Assembly (NCBI RefSeq): GCF_011386835.1
Contig: NC_088815.1
Span: 13,206,001 to 13,270,000, forward strand
DNA: 64,000 nt
Direction of reading: 5' to 3'
From: Chrysemys picta bellii
Taxonomy: Eukaryota
A program made the position numbers and the translations under genes. Under the pieces are notes generated by a model. That model made no database searches and was not told where the DNA came from. It saw nothing but the letters and a program-made list of their open reading frames with translations. This document shows, piece by piece, positions 48,691 through 62,315 of this stretch; position 1 is the stretch's first letter; each line of letters starts with the position of its first letter.

Positions 48691-51558
48691 CATTAAAAAG
48701 GGGTTGTGCGTGCAGTGAGACTGGACCCCAATGTGTTTGACGTGGGCTTTAATGTGAGGCCACGGGCAGTTCACAGGGGACTGCTTTTATGTTGTTCATT
48801 TTGTAAATCAAAGGTGGGATGGGTATTGCTGCTGGTCTGCGTCTGGCTGCAGACCCTTTTGTCCTGCACAGGCTCCATCCTGCAGGTAGGCGGCCAGAAG
48901 ATTTGAGCACCTCCCAGACAGTGCCAGGGTTTTCACTTGCCCATTTGTTCAAGAGCATTTTGTTTTCCTCCACTTCCACATTCAGGAACCTCCCCCATCC
49001 TCCAACCCTTAGCTGGCCAGGCAGGGCTGATATTACAATGTGGGAGCGGCAGTCTCTATCCGACTGTCACATGTACAGGCCTGTCAATTCTCTTATGCTC
49101 TGACTGGCGCTGTGTATTTTGGGTGACGTGACCCGGAGAAGCGAGGTGCAGAAGAGTTGGCTCTCCCTTCTGTCGTCAGCTCTTTCCTATAAGAGGAGCC
49201 AAAATCCCAAGGTGGTATCCAGATTTGCAGCTCTCCTGTGGCAAACCACAACCACTGGCAATGGCTGCCTTTTTCCTGGAGCTCCCACGCACCTCTGCCA
49301 GCGCTCGTAGGAGCCCCTCGTATTTGCTGAATGTTAATCAGAGCAAGGTAGGAGATGGAGCGTCTCCCTGTAAGTGAGCCACCGTCTGAAGGATGCTCTC
49401 AAGCTAAACCAATAGCCAAGGCTCATCCCAGCAAAGCTCTAGTGATTTGCAGGAACGTGCCTACCCCAGCCCAAACCAGGAATAGATTTCCTGGCCCAGA
49501 AAGATGCACTTGCTCGGTGGCACGTCTGGGTTAAGTGCCCCTCTCTGCAGAGTTTGTCCAGAGGAGAGAGCGAGAGTCCACGTTTCCTTCTCTGGGAAGT
49601 TAGCAGCATCTTCTGTCAGCATCCGTCCCCCACCCTGCTACTGCTGAGCGGGTGCCTGGCTCAGGCCTGCAGGAAGCCTCTTCAGGAGTGCAGGCGAGAT
49701 TGCTTACTCTCTGCTGGGACACACAGGAAAGCTGCCCCGTGGCTCTGGGCATGTGTTTGTGCGTGTGCACGTGTCGCCCCCTCCCTCCCCCCCGGCCAGT
49801 GCTGCAGATTTCCTTCCATGGAACGTGGCTTTGATTTCATCTTGACGGACTCATAGCAAGATCTCAGGACAGCTGGCTGGCCTTTATGGACGGGGAGCTG
49901 CAAGGTCCAGCCCAGGCGCTGCACCGTGCTGAAATCCTCCCAGTCGCATCAGATGGTAGAAGGGCCTTTGCAGCCGTTTACATGGACGGAGTTAAACTGG
50001 GGCAGGCGAGGGGTCATTCAGCTCCTCTAACTGAATGTCATGCGCACAAATACCACGTAGAGGAAGGGCTCCTCCTTTCCAGCGTGGGATGAGTGATGTA
50101 GACGTGCACGTGGATCCCATCCAGTCCCCTGGGATGATGTGTTTGGTCTGCCGAGGTTTTAACTTGTTCTAGCTACCGCTCAGCCTGCAGATTCTTGTAT
50201 CAAGAATGTCTATGCTGCCATTTCTAGCCCCTCAAGCCAGAGTCAATTGACCCAGGCTCGGTGCCTCGGCCCCCCAGTAGACACACCCCACGACACAAAA
50301 GGAGACAATGGCCAAACTTAAAACTAGTCTTTGTAACAAGGAGAAATACCTGGCTTTAGCGCAGTTGTCTTCCCAGCCCAGACTAGAAAGAACAGTGAAA
50401 GCTCAGGGAACTCGAGTGGCTCTGAAAATGTCACTCCCATTTTCGTCTCTCTCATAAACGCTGGGTTTCTCCAAAGGAGTGTCAATTCAGGAATAATGCT
50501 GTGGTTAGAGAGAGATAGCAAACCTGTTAGTGGAAACATCCCCTCGGCAGGGCAGAAGGTGTGTTTTCCAATCAGATATCCGATTTTCACCTTCTGTTAA
50601 AGACCAAGTGACTGTACCACTTTGGTGTAGATTTCAGTTTCAAAATAGTTTATTTTACAAGCATATGTCTCAATTCTGCAGTCGGATCCATACAGAGGGA
50701 CCCTGCAATAGCACAAATCCGTTCAGAAAATCGGCCCTAATGAAGGGACAAATAATTGAGTACACTGTGGGGCATGAGGAAGTTGTGATCGTTGTCTGTG
50801 TTGTGAGTCCATATGATTGTTGGTTCCCAGACGCGCTGACTGACCCTTCTTACCCTGCCCCTGCACCGTATTTCATTGTGGTCCGGGGTAGTGTGTTTTT
50901 GAGCTAGACAAATGCAGTGAATTGAATAGAATCTAAGCGAAAATCCATCAGCTGCTCTGAGTTTAAGAGCGAGGAGGGCTCCATGGGAAGTGAATTTTAG
51001 AGCGCACTGGGGTTCTTCAGTGCTTGTGTCACATCCTAAATGGATCCGTGCGAACAGGGGCATGGTCCCAGTGCTGTGGTTGCCACATACAGACTCCTCC
51101 TTGGAAGAAGAGGCAGTTCCTGGTGATTAAGCAAGGGCTAGGCAGACACATCTGCAGCCTTTATAAATGGGACAAGGCGGTGGTTGTAGATAGGAATGCT
51201 GGTGTCGGTATTAATATCTAATATGGGACAGATCTAAATGTCAGATAACATGGGTTAGAAAATCAGGGGCTATCTGGATTTAAATGAGTATTTAACCACT
51301 AGGCCTCGTTGGGCATTTTAGATTGTAGTTCTCTGACCTTCTGGGGATCCCTTTATAAGGGGGAGAATCTCTTCTTGGCCCATCTGCCCTCCTGGCATCC
51401 AAGTCCCCCATCCCTGATCTTCCCTGTCCCCTTCTGTGGCTCTGTCCGGAGAGATGTGTTTGTCTCGTAGCTGAGGGGTTGGGGTTAAAGTCCTAATGCC
51501 AAAGCAGACAACAGTAGGTACGAGATTTCTTTAAAAGAACTCTGGTGTCCAAGAGTCA

Positions 51559-51559
51559 G

Positions 51560-51633
<74 letters not shown>
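51559..51633. repeat. Compound (CT)n(CA)n microsatellite
   Basis: Direct reading. Confidence 0.95.
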
Positions 51634-51637
<4 letters not shown>

Positions 51638-54600
51638 GAGAGAGGGGCTGACACTGTGGGGATTGCTCTTGTGCAAGAGATTGTGTTCACCGAAGAGGAA
51701 AGTGCATTGAAAGTCCTCCTGGTATGGACTGAGGTTTGGTGCTGGATGCAGTCCCAACCCTCAATGCATGATTGATCGTACTTGTTAATATTTCTGCAGA
51801 AGTACCCTTTAGAGCCAGCCTGGCGCACGTGGGGCGAGGGGTGCTGGTCAGTCGTCATCCTCAGTTTCCACGGTTCCAGCTGGGCTGATGGAAGGGGCGA
51901 GCCCTTTGCAATCAAGGCAGGTTTCTGTTTTGATAGACTTTGGGATTTAACCCCTTAAGAGCCACAAAGGTGGCCCGTTTTGCAGGTGGATCAGGGCTGC
52001 GGGGTTGCTAAAAGCACTGTCTAAGGTCACACCTTTTCCTGTTACTCTCTGTGCCCCAGAACGAGCCACCCGTGTGTGTGATGGGAATATTTATTTAACC
52101 GCGCGCGTAACTTGTGGTTATTATTTGTACGGTGGCTATTTTGTTTAGAAAAGCAGAAAGCTGACAACTGCTCCCAATAAACACTTTTTGTTCTTTTCTT
52201 GATTTGTTTCGTTCACTTGTTTAGTTTTTAACGTTTCTGGGCCGCTCCGCCTGTTACACCACGCCCCAGGCTGCTTCTCCGGATGATTCCCCGTGACGTA
52301 CACATGCAGTGGTGTGCATTTAGCTTGTGGGTCAGGGGCCCCGATGCAACCAGAGCCTTCCATGCCATGGTCCAGTTCCAGATTTACACCCTAGGCCTGA
52401 CTAACCGCAGAAGCCACTTGGAGTTGTCTGCTTATTCCAGGTAGGAATTTGGCTTATGGGGGCCAACTGCTCGTTGCCTTCCACAGGCATTTATACCCGT
52501 GCTCTGTGGGTGCACCAGGCCCCCATTCTCATCTGGGTGGGTTGGTTTTACAGCTCTGCCCTGCCATGACTGTCCCAGGCACACGGTCACGGTGAATTGA
52601 CCCACGGCCTCTAGTTGAGTAAACTAGGACGGTTGCAGCCAGGGTGGTGGTTCTGTATTTGTGTTCTGACTATCCAGCCTAGTCATGGACCGGGAGCCCC
52701 GGGGGCGCTTGGAGCTGTACAGGCAGAGAACAAAAGACGGGCTCTGTCCCAAAGCGCTGACAGCCCCAAGTGCAGTAGTTGGGGAACAAACCTCACCGTC
52801 CCTAAGCATGATCCCACCAGGCCAATGGAGATGCCCCAGGGCATCTCTGACAGGCTTCAGCAAACGCAATGCAGCTTGCAGGATTCCTGCCGGCGGGAAC
52901 CTCGGCGGGAAAGGAACGAGAGGAGGAAGAGCCCAGCAGCCGTTAAAATGAGGGAGGAGTCTTGATTTCTTTTTTTAATGAGTAACGGTTCAGCTCCTTC
53001 CACTCCAAGGGGCCAAGGAATTGTTGCAGCCGGGCAGCGAGGGGGTAGGTTTATGCACCTAGGGAAGCCCCATCTTGGCCCTGGATCACTGGTAGAGGAC
53101 GAGGCTGTCTCCCCCAGGGGGTCACTGCCTGCCATCCCTTGTAATCGGGGGGGGGGGGGGGGAGCATCGTGTTCGCAGCAGGACCCTGTCCCTTGCGTCT
53201 CCAGGGAGGAGTCTCCCGAGGATGCGGCGACCCCTCCCTGCTGGCTCCGTGCTGTTACTCGCTTGTTTCTCTCAATGGGAGCTGGGCTGACAGCTGCGTG
53301 GGAGCCGCACTCATTCAGCGACGGCCAGGCTCCTCCGCTGGCAGCTATTAATAGCCGCTGCAGATTTTAATTGCTGCTGTGCGGCCGTTCGCGTGAGTCA
53401 TCCCGCCTCCGGCGCCCGCACGGGGATTCGCAGAGAGGCGCTGAGCGGCCTGGCCAGCCCAGTCCACCAGGATCGGAGCTGGGGGCCCTCAGCAGCACAA
53501 GGCCTGCCTCCGCGCCCTCCCTCTAGTTCTTTCCCTGCTTCATTCATGCAGACACTAGAGCTGCCTCCTGCCGGATTGAGCTCAGGGCCATTTTAAAGTC
53601 TTTCTGAGCAGATTTCAAAAAAATCCCCCCCTGCAGAGGCAGTTTTACAGCCACCGGATCAGGGTGGTCCTGGGGGTAGAGCATTGGCCTTGGGCACCTG
53701 GGTTCCATTCCCAGCTCTGACACTGACCAGCTGGGTGACCTCAGGCAAGTCGCCTCCCCTCCTGCTCTTTGTTTGGCTTGTCCGTTGGGACTGCAAGTTG
53801 GAGACAGGGACCCTCTCAGTGTCTGGGCAGCACCCGGTACGATGGGGCCCTGATCACAGACACTCTATTGTCATTCATTCCGAACAATAATACCTGTAAA
53901 ACTCTGGTTTGGCCAGGCAGCCCCCAGCAGCGTCTGGCTGAGAGCTCTGCTATGTTACCTGCAGTGGGTCATGCTGCCAGCTGTTACAATAGCCGGAAGA
54001 AGAGTTGCTCTGGAGCAGTAGCTATCATTGGAAATTGCCAGACTGTCTAGCCCTGGGCTGATCCGCACCCCGTGTCCTGTGGTGTAAATCTGGAGTAACT
54101 CCCTGAAGGCAATGGGGTTACCGGGCTGGGGGAAGCTGGGGGCTCGGAATGTATCCAGTGCTCCGGTGACAGCAAAATGGGCCTGGTTGACTTGTGTGGG
54201 GGTGGCAGCGGCGAGATGCAAGAGGCAGGGTGGTGCAGTGGCTGGGGCATTCACCCTAGGGCTTGGGAGACCCGAATGCAATTCCCCTGCTCCGCCACAG
54301 GCTTCCTGGGTGACCACGGGCAAGTCACTTAGTCTCTCTGGCCCTCGTTCCCCATCTTGAAAATGAGGATAATCACACTGGCCAGCGCCGGGGGGGTTGG
54401 GATGATAAATTCGTTAAGGAGCGTGAGGCTTAGAAGGGACACAAGGGTCAGCGAGAGTAAACCATCCAGGACAGCCGGCTCCCCAGCCTCCTTTCGAGAA
54501 CTGTCTCTTAAAGAGCTCCAGGACAGATCGGTGTGATTGCCCCAAGACATGGCTTCTTCAGCTAGGGGTTGCAAGTGCTGGTCCAGTGGAGTTTACCCCA

Positions 54601-56129
54601 GCTGAGGATCTGGTCCCCGCAAAGGTCCCTCAGCGCCTGCTCCCATCTCATGTAAGCCAGTGGGACAGCGTGAGTGCGTGGGTTGCAGCGACTGACTCTG
54701 GGGTGGGTGAGCAGAGGGTCAGGCTGCGCAGGCAGGAGCATTGCACTTTTTGAGTCTGCGTGGCGGCCTACAAGGCCGGATAGGGAATTGGTGCCTGATC
54801 CGGATCTCCCTCCGGTGTCAATCAGGAGCAAATCCATTGAGGGCAATGGGGCTCCACAGGCGTGAATGGGACCTTGTCCAGACTAGCTGGTTTCAGCCAT
54901 GGGGACAGCCGCACCTGTGCAAATCTTCAGTGCTCAGGTGGACGGGTTCACCGCCGATCCCCCGTTTGCACTGGTGCCTAGCGGGGTTGGGCTCAGGTGA
55001 GTTGGTATAAATAACAACTTTGCCTGTTTGCATTGAAGCTGCTACAGTGACTGAAACTAGGGCAAATCCCTAGTGGAGATAAGGCCTTGGGGGGGCGGGA
55101 CCACCATGCCCCCCTCTCCCAACCTCACCTGCTCCAGGAATTTTGTCCCAAAAGACCGCTGCAGTTTGGTGCATTTCGATCTGTTTCATGATCTTATTAA
55201 GCCTTGAATGGCTCTTGGGGATCAGAGCTGGATACGAGGCAGCCTCCCAGCTCCGTGGCTGCCGCTGCTGAGCAGAACCGTGGCTGGGCCTGGGTGGCTT
55301 CTGCAGTAGCAGAGATTTCCCCGGGGCCGCCTCTCCCACCCGAGCTGGGATTTAACCTCCGGCAGGGCAGCAGCCATCAGGCTGGATTCGATTAGGGGCG
55401 GAGACGGGTCAGAAAACCATCACCCCATTGGTACCGTGTGCTGGCAATCTCAGCAGAGAGCCTGGGACGCATTAGGCCATGGAGACTGGAAAATCTTCTC
55501 CGAGGCAGAGACGGTGGGGGAGGCTGGGGGGAACTTGCTGCACAGCTGGGCCAGCTTTGGGGCGGCCAATCTTCCGGCTGCTAAGTTGGCTCCTTTCGGC
55601 AGCACTAACCCTTGTCCCTGAAGCTAAATGCAGACGGGGGGCAGACGGTTTCACTTGGACGACCTTGTTCAGATTGGAAGCTTTAGGGGCCAGCTTTGCC
55701 CTGTGTTTGTACAGCGCCTAGCACAGGGCGGTCCTAGTCCATGACTAATAATTAATAATCCCCTTGGTTTCTCGGATGGGCCTGCCAGCAAGGTTATGTC
55801 TTTAATACTCCCATCCAGTGAGAGGATGAAGGCCACCCAGTCATTTGTATGATGGTAACAGTTTCTATTAACCTTCCACCCGGGACGGGTTTGAAGCAGT
55901 GCCCAAGAGGCAAGATATTGCACCGGGTATCCTATAAAGAAGTTCCTGGGCCAGGAGATCTCAAGGACCCAAGACAGTGATCTAGGGATGCCACTTGGCA
56001 TAAATGGGGGTGGGGGGGTTCTGCAGTGACTTTGGACTGGGACCTCAGTGCAAGATCAGGCCAGCAAAGGGTAGAACTGGGGTTGTTCAATTAAAATCTG
56101 AAGATAATTGAGAGGCTGCACATTTTTCT

Positions 56130-56400
56130 AAAAAATATGACAGGAAATACTCTCTTATGCCATGTGCAATTAGCCGGTGGAACTCATTGCCACAAGATTG
56201 TGCTGAAGCCCGGAGTTTGGTAGGGTTTAAGAGGACATTTTGATGGAGAATGAGTTACAACACTAAGAGGTATTTGTTTAAAAAAAAAAAACTTGGGAGG
56301 ACTCAACCCCCCCCCCCCCCATCCCTCCCCACTTCAGGGCATGAGTCAGACACTAACTGCCCGAGTCGGAAAGAAATTCATTCTCTGAGGCCGAGTTGGA
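56130..56400 (+). mobile_element. Decayed CR1 fragment
   Basis: caattagccggtggaactcattgccacaagattgtgctgaagcc...agggtttaaga matches the WNSLP-region consensus. Confidence 0.6.
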
Positions 56401-57079
56401 CCTGCAACTTAACCATAACCCTTAATCCCTTCTTAACCGTAACCCAGTAGCAGCTGTAAAGACCTCACGTGTAGAAAGAGACAGTCCCTGTCTAAAAAGT
56501 TTGTCTAAATGGACAAAAGGTAGAAGGAGAAACAGAGGCAGGAAGTGACTACCCCTGACTTGCTGACTGACTTTGAGTAAGAGGTGGGACTAAAACTCAG
56601 GTCTCCTACTCACTAGGCCATACTGCCTCTCAGCAACTCTGCTCCCTGTAAAATGAGGCAGAGAACCCAACCCCTCCACAGCATCTGCAAACCTTTCTGC
56701 TCCTGGTGAGGCTTGTAGCGCACAGCCTGAGACACCACTAGTTTGTTGGTTGTCACCCACATGTCACATGAGGATACTTTCTCCAAGGTATCACCCGGGC
56801 TCTGTCAGGAGGGGCCAGATGTTGTGATGCTGTGAGACCTTGTTGGCCAAGTTCCAGCACCCAGCTGGCCAGGCATAATTTGCATATATTTACATACTTA
56901 AAGACCTACCCCCGTAACATTTGTGTGACCTTCCCCTGCAACATCATAGACGTTGACCTGTAGGTTATTAGGGGCAATACGCCAATACAGTCATAGGAGT
57001 ATTGGGATCAAATATATCCGCCCAGCTCTATTGACGTGAGCAGCAGTGCATCTGTTGACACCAGCTGAGGACTGGCCCA

Positions 57080-57215
57080 ACTCAAGTGGGCTGTCAGGAG
57101 AAACTTCCTAGCACTGACCTGCATTAGACTGTGCAATGACCCCCCAGGAGAAGTGGTGGGAAACCCAGTGCTTAGGACTTTTAAACCTAGTCTGGACAAC
57201 CCGCTAGAAAGGGTG
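57080..57215 (+). mobile_element. Decayed CR1 fragment
   Basis: caggagaaacttcctagc...ggacttttaaacctagtctggacaac. Confidence 0.45.
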
Positions 57216-57324
57216 CTGGAGAGAGCTAGTCTGCAGTGGACCATGGAAAGAGAAACCAGAATCCCACTACTTGACTCTTCTCAGGGGCTTTTCCTGGGTA
57301 GATCTCAAAGCACTTCATGCAGGA

Positions 57325-57515
57325 AGCAAAGTGTCCTCTCCATTTTACAGGGAAACTGAGGCACGGGGCACTGATGGCTGGGACAGAATTCCTGCCTCCC
57401 TTTGACTCCTTTAAGAGTCCCGGCTAAAGTGACTCACCAAGGTCTGTGGCGCAGACAGGGATAGAAGCTGGTTTCCTGACCCTTAAGCCAACCGCATTAG
57501 CCACTAGGCCATGCT
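57325..57515 (-). mobile_element. MIR-like SINE
   Basis: ctccattttacagggaaactgaggcac...gacagggatagaagctgg. Confidence 0.6.
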
Positions 57516-58849
57516 ACCCAGAGCTCTTTTTCACCTCCGACTTCTCTGAAAATTGCAAAACAGCTTTCGTTTACCACCCTCCCCTCCTCCTTGTTTTCAA
57601 TGTGCTTGTAACTTTTCCAGAAACTCACCCGTGGGGATGAATGTTCCTGGCTTGGTCTAAGCCAACAAGTGCATTTTGAGGGGAAAACGGAGTGCCTTCC
57701 CCAGAGTTGTGGTAGAGAAAGGGCGTGTTTGTGTTTGCAGTAGGGTGTGGGGAGAAGTAAATCCACTTTTCCCACTGTAAAACCATTGCAGCGTAGCTTT
57801 TGAAAACACGTCTCGCCTCAATGGGACCTTCAGTGGGTTTGCAGAGCCTTCGACAACGCGAATGGGTGGAAATTACCCCACGCAGAAGCCTCAGAACGCC
57901 CCAGTGAGGTGGAAAACAAGAGGGTTTGCCAAGGGGCATGTGCCTCTGATGCTACCTTCAGGATCCCTTCAATTGCAGGCTTGGAAGCATTGCTATGGAG
58001 CTATGCAATGCTGCTAGATACTAGGTTACTTTTTGGGGCCTAAGTGCACATGGGTGAAATTTCCCGCCATGCAGCAAGGACTGGGTGAGGATGGAGGGGA
58101 GTTCTGGACTCTGCTCGGGGTGAGTTTCACCCCAAGGCCACCGTTTCCTGCTGCTGTCCATCTGCACCAGTTGGTCTTTAAGCCCTTCGGCATGGAGACA
58201 TTTCTTTGTCGTTATGAATGGTTTCTATTACTGCAGCAACGAGGAGTTCCAGCCATGGACAAGGCGCTGTACAAACACAATAGAAAGGTGGCCCCGGCCT
58301 TGCAGAGCTCCCTGTCTAAGCAGCAAAGAGGGCTGGAGACGGGCTTGCAGGGACCGTGAGACAAGGTTAGGGGATAGTCTCTTCCTTTCAAAATGCCCAG
58401 GGAACTAACGGCAAAAAAAGGTAACGCAGTGTTCGAGCGGCCTAGCCGAGGCAGCCTTCCGGTGAGCCCATCACCTTAACTCTGCCCCTGCCCGGCCTTT
58501 CCAAGCCCCCCTTCCAGCTGCCATGGCCAGACCAGCCGCAGACACTTTCCTCTGGAAGCAGCTGGGCCCGGAGACGACTTCAGCGCCCGGTCGCCCCTGG
58601 GAAGGAGCCTCCAGCCAGGTCACTCAGGTCTCTGTGCTGGGTTCCTCCGCTGGTCCATGTCCTCCCCTCCCCGCTGGGTTATCACACGAACACCCGGTTG
58701 CCTCTGCCCCCTGCCCTTCTCCTGGCTCCTAGCCCCAGGGGGCTGGAGGGAGGAGGCTGGGGGCAGGTCTCCGGCCTGAGCCAGGCAGGGGTCAGACCCC
58801 CAAAGCCCCCCCTGGCCTGAGGGTCTGAATCCCCCCCAGGACCCGGGGG

Positions 58850-59430
58850 TGGGGTGGGGGGGCTGCAGCATCCTCCTTGCGCCAGCGGCTCGTGTGCTCC
58901 CACCCCGGCCTGGGGGAGGAGTTTCTCCCCCCCCCCCCCCCCCCGGGGCTGGAGCTCTGCCGAGCCGCCCGGTGTCAGGCGCTCGCCAGCCGCGGCTGTC
59001 TCTGCGCAGAGCTGGCGGTGCCGCGCCGCGCCGGGCGGGGAGGGAGGAGCCGGGGTCGGGGCTGGGGTCCGGGCTGCGCCGCTGACCGATGAGCGAACGC
59101 CCCGCTCCCTGCGCGAGTGGCCGGGGCTGGCCCGGAGGCGGGGGCGGCCGGAGGAGCCGGCCGGGGGGCTCGGAGCGCGGCCCCAGCACACGCCGCGGGA
59201 AGCCGGCTGCAGCCCGGGGCCGGGCGGACGGTAAGGCAGCGCCGGGCGCGGCTGGCGGCGAGCTCGCCGGGCTCGCTTGGTGCCCCCCCCCCCCCCCCGG
59301 TCCAGTGCAGCCCGATCGCGGGGGGCGGGGCAGGGAGCCTTGCAGCGGAGCCCCGCGGGCCGGGGGGGCTGGCACTGAAAAGCACATCGGACCCGAGAGC
59401 CCCGGACCCTTGGGGAGGTGGGGCGGGTGT
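58850..59430 (+). promoter_or_regulatory. CpG island with probable non-coding first exon (donor GACG|gtaagg at 59231), likely DIRAS1
   Basis: Dense CpG and a good donor. Identity is inferred only from the recalled human order THOP1-SGTA-SLC39A3-DIRAS1; no DIRAS1 coding sequence is in the window. Confidence 0.55.
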
Positions 59431-59432
59431 AA

Positions 59433-60380
59433 ATGATCCCCCTCCGTCCTCATACCCCCCCCCAGTCCTCAGATCCTCCCATCCTCATGCACCCCCCGTC
59501 ATCAGATCCCCCCGTCATCAGATCCCCCCGTCATGAGATCCCCCCCAGTCCTCATACCCCCCCTTATCCTCATACCCCCCTGTCCTCAGATCCCCCTGTC
59601 ATCAAATCCACCCCGTCCTCAGATCACCCTATCCTCATACCCCCCCAGTCCTCATACCCCCCATCCCCCTATCTTCATACCCCCCCAGTCCTCAGATCCC
59701 CCTGTCATCAGATCCATCCGCCGTCCTCAGATCCCCCTCCATCCTCATACCCCCCCCAGTCCTCAGATCCCCCCATCCTCATACCCCCCTGTCCTCAGAT
59801 CCCCCTGTCATCAAATCCACCCCCGTCCTCAGATCCCCCCTGTCATCAGATTCACCCCCCATCCTCAGATCCCCCTGTCATCAGATCCACCCCCTGTCCT
59901 CATACCCCCCATCCTCAGATCCACCCCCCGTCCTCATACCCCCCATCCTCAGATCCACCCCCCATCCTCATACCCCCCTGTCATCAGATCCCCCCCATCC
60001 CCTCATCCTCATACCCCTGTCCTCATACCCACCCCCCGTCCTCATACCCCCATCCTCATATCCACCCCCCATCTTCATACCCCCGTCCCTCTATCCTCAT
60101 ACCCACCCCCCGTCCTCATACCCCCATCCTCATATCCACCCCTCATCTTCATACCCCCGTCCCTCTATCCTCATACCTACCCCCTGTCCTCAGATCCACC
60201 CCTCTATCCTCTTACCCCCCATCCTCATATCCCCCCTCTATCCACCTATCCCCATACCCACCCACCCACCCATCCACACACCCCCTGTCCTCAACCCGCC
60301 CCCCCCCCCCCCGTCTCCATACCCCTCTCTCTATCCCTCTATCCACCTATCGTCATACACACCCCTCTAGCCATCTGACT
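59433..60380. repeat. C-rich degenerate satellite (about 13-16 nt units)
   Basis: Interleaved cctcagatcccccc, cctcatacccccc and gtcatcagatcc units. Confidence 0.9.
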
Positions 60381-60655
60381 GTGCGGGCATCTATCTCTGC
60401 AGTCAGATCTTTGTATACACACCTGTACATCTATCTACACAGGGAAGGGCATCTCTACATGCATGGGTCTATATGTATATCTGTGTGTAAATGTGTCTAT
60501 CTGTGTACATATCAATATATGGAGACGTGTTTGTATAGAGGTATCTATGTGTATCAATTGATGTACATATGCAGTATCCAGGCGTATGTACTGAGGTGTA
60601 TAGATTGATTTATGTACGTATTTCTGTATAGATCTAGCTATCTATCTTTCCTCTC

Positions 60656-61356
60656 NNNNNNNNNNNNNNNNNNNNNNNNNNNNNNNNNNNNNNNNNNNNN
60701 NNNNNNNNNNNNNNNNNNNNNNNNNNNNNNNNNNNNNNNNNNNNNNNNNNNNNNNNNNNNNNNNNNNNNNNNNNNNNNNNNNNNNNNNNNNNNNNNNNNN
60801 NNNNNNNNNNNNNNNNNNNNNNNNNNNNNNNNNNNNNNNNNNNNNNNNNNNNNNNNNNNNNNNNNNNNNNNNNNNNNNNNNNNNNNNNNNNNNNNNNNNN
60901 NNNNNNNNNNNNNNNNNNNNNNNNNNNNNNNNNNNNNNNNNNNNNNNNNNNNNNNNNNNNNNNNNNNNNNNNNNNNNNNNNNNNNNNNNNNNNNNNNNNN
61001 NNNNNNNNNNNNNNNNNNNNNNNNNNNNNNNNNNNNNNNNNNNNNNNNNNNNNNNNNNNNNNNNNNNNNNNNNNNNNNNNNNNNNNTATCTATCTATCNN
61101 NNNNNNNNNNNNNNNNNNNNNNNNNNNNNNNNNNNNNNNNNNNNNNNNNNNNNNNNNNNNNNNNNNNNNNNNNNNNNNNNNNNNNNNNNNNNNNNNNNNN
61201 NNNNNNNNNNNNNNNNNNNNNNNNNNNNNNNNNNNNNNNNNNNNNNNNNNNNNNNNNNNNNNNNNNNNNNNNNNNNNNNNNNNNNNNNNNNNNNNNNNNN
61301 NNNNNNNNNNNNNNNNNNNNNNNNNNNNNNNNNNNNNNNNNNNNNNNNNNNNNNNN
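60656..61356. other. Assembly gap (N runs) with a 12-nt (TATC)3 island
   Basis: N characters; tatctatctatc at 61087-61098; flanked by TATC-like simple repeats. Confidence 0.98.
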
Positions 61357-61840
61357 CCATCCTGTGTAGCGGGCATCTTCCTTTTGTGCTCTTTGCATTC
61401 TCCAGTGCAGTATTTCCTCACTGCCCATCAGGAATTAGCCGTTGTTTATTCCGTGCCGAGCTGTACACGACTGTTCTGACCCTCTGTAGGCAATATATAA
61501 AAATAACCCCCCATCCAGGAAGGTGATCATAAGGCAGCCAGCTGGCTCCTGGAGCCCCCCAAATAACCCCCCTCAATTACTCCTCCACACACTCCATTTC
61601 CTAATCAGAGGGTTGTGCTGCTAATGAAGGCGCGGCCTGCTATTAGGTGAATTGGATCCAATAGGTATGGTTGCAATCAAGGTATTTTTGTTCAGAGCAT
61701 GAACAGACGCGTGCAAACCAGGCGGGAGTTGTTAACGAGCTCTTGGAGTGGATGGGAATGTGTGTACGTGTGTGGATGCATGTGTGTGTCTGTGTGTGTA
61801 TGTGTCTGTGTGTGTATCTAGAGTTCTATATATATACATA

Positions 61841-62090
61841 CAAAAGAGAACTGGATAAATTCATGGAGGTTACGTCCATTAATGGCTATTAGCCAGGCTG
61901 GCAAAGGAGTGGGGTCCCTAGCCTCTGTTTGTCAGAGGGTGGAGATGGACGTCAGGAGAGAGATCACTTGATCATTTCCTGTTCGGTTCACTTCCTCTGG
62001 GGCACCTGGCATTGGCCACTGTCGGTAGACAGGATACCGGGCTAGATGGACCTTTGGTCTGACCCGGTACGGCCGTTCTTATGTTCTTAT
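61841..62090 (+). mobile_element. CR1 LINE 3' end
   Basis: KRELDKFMEV...NGY*; 3' UTR similar to the 23150-23290 copy; terminal TTCTTATG repeat. Confidence 0.93.
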
Positions 62091-62094
62091 GTAG

Positions 62095-62315
62095 AGCAGA
62101 CACATATGTTTAACTCTCTCTGTATATACATACATACAGGTCACACATACATGTGCACACGCATATCTAGAGGTCATACACACGTGTTTATGTGTATATT
62201 TATCTCTAGATCTCTCTCTGTATATATACATAGAGCACGCACACACACACGGCACACAACACACACACACGGCACACAACACACACGGACACACACACGA
62301 CACACACACACACAG
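62095..62315. repeat. CA/TA-rich low-complexity repeat
   Basis: Degenerate acac and tata runs directly after the CR1 tail. Confidence 0.8.

Noticed and set aside
59433-60608. 391-aa and 281-aa Pro/Ser/His-rich ORFs
   Set aside because: Translations of a low-complexity C-rich satellite with no domain or splice support.
60612-61526. Long ORFs made mostly of X
   Set aside because: Artefacts of the N gap.
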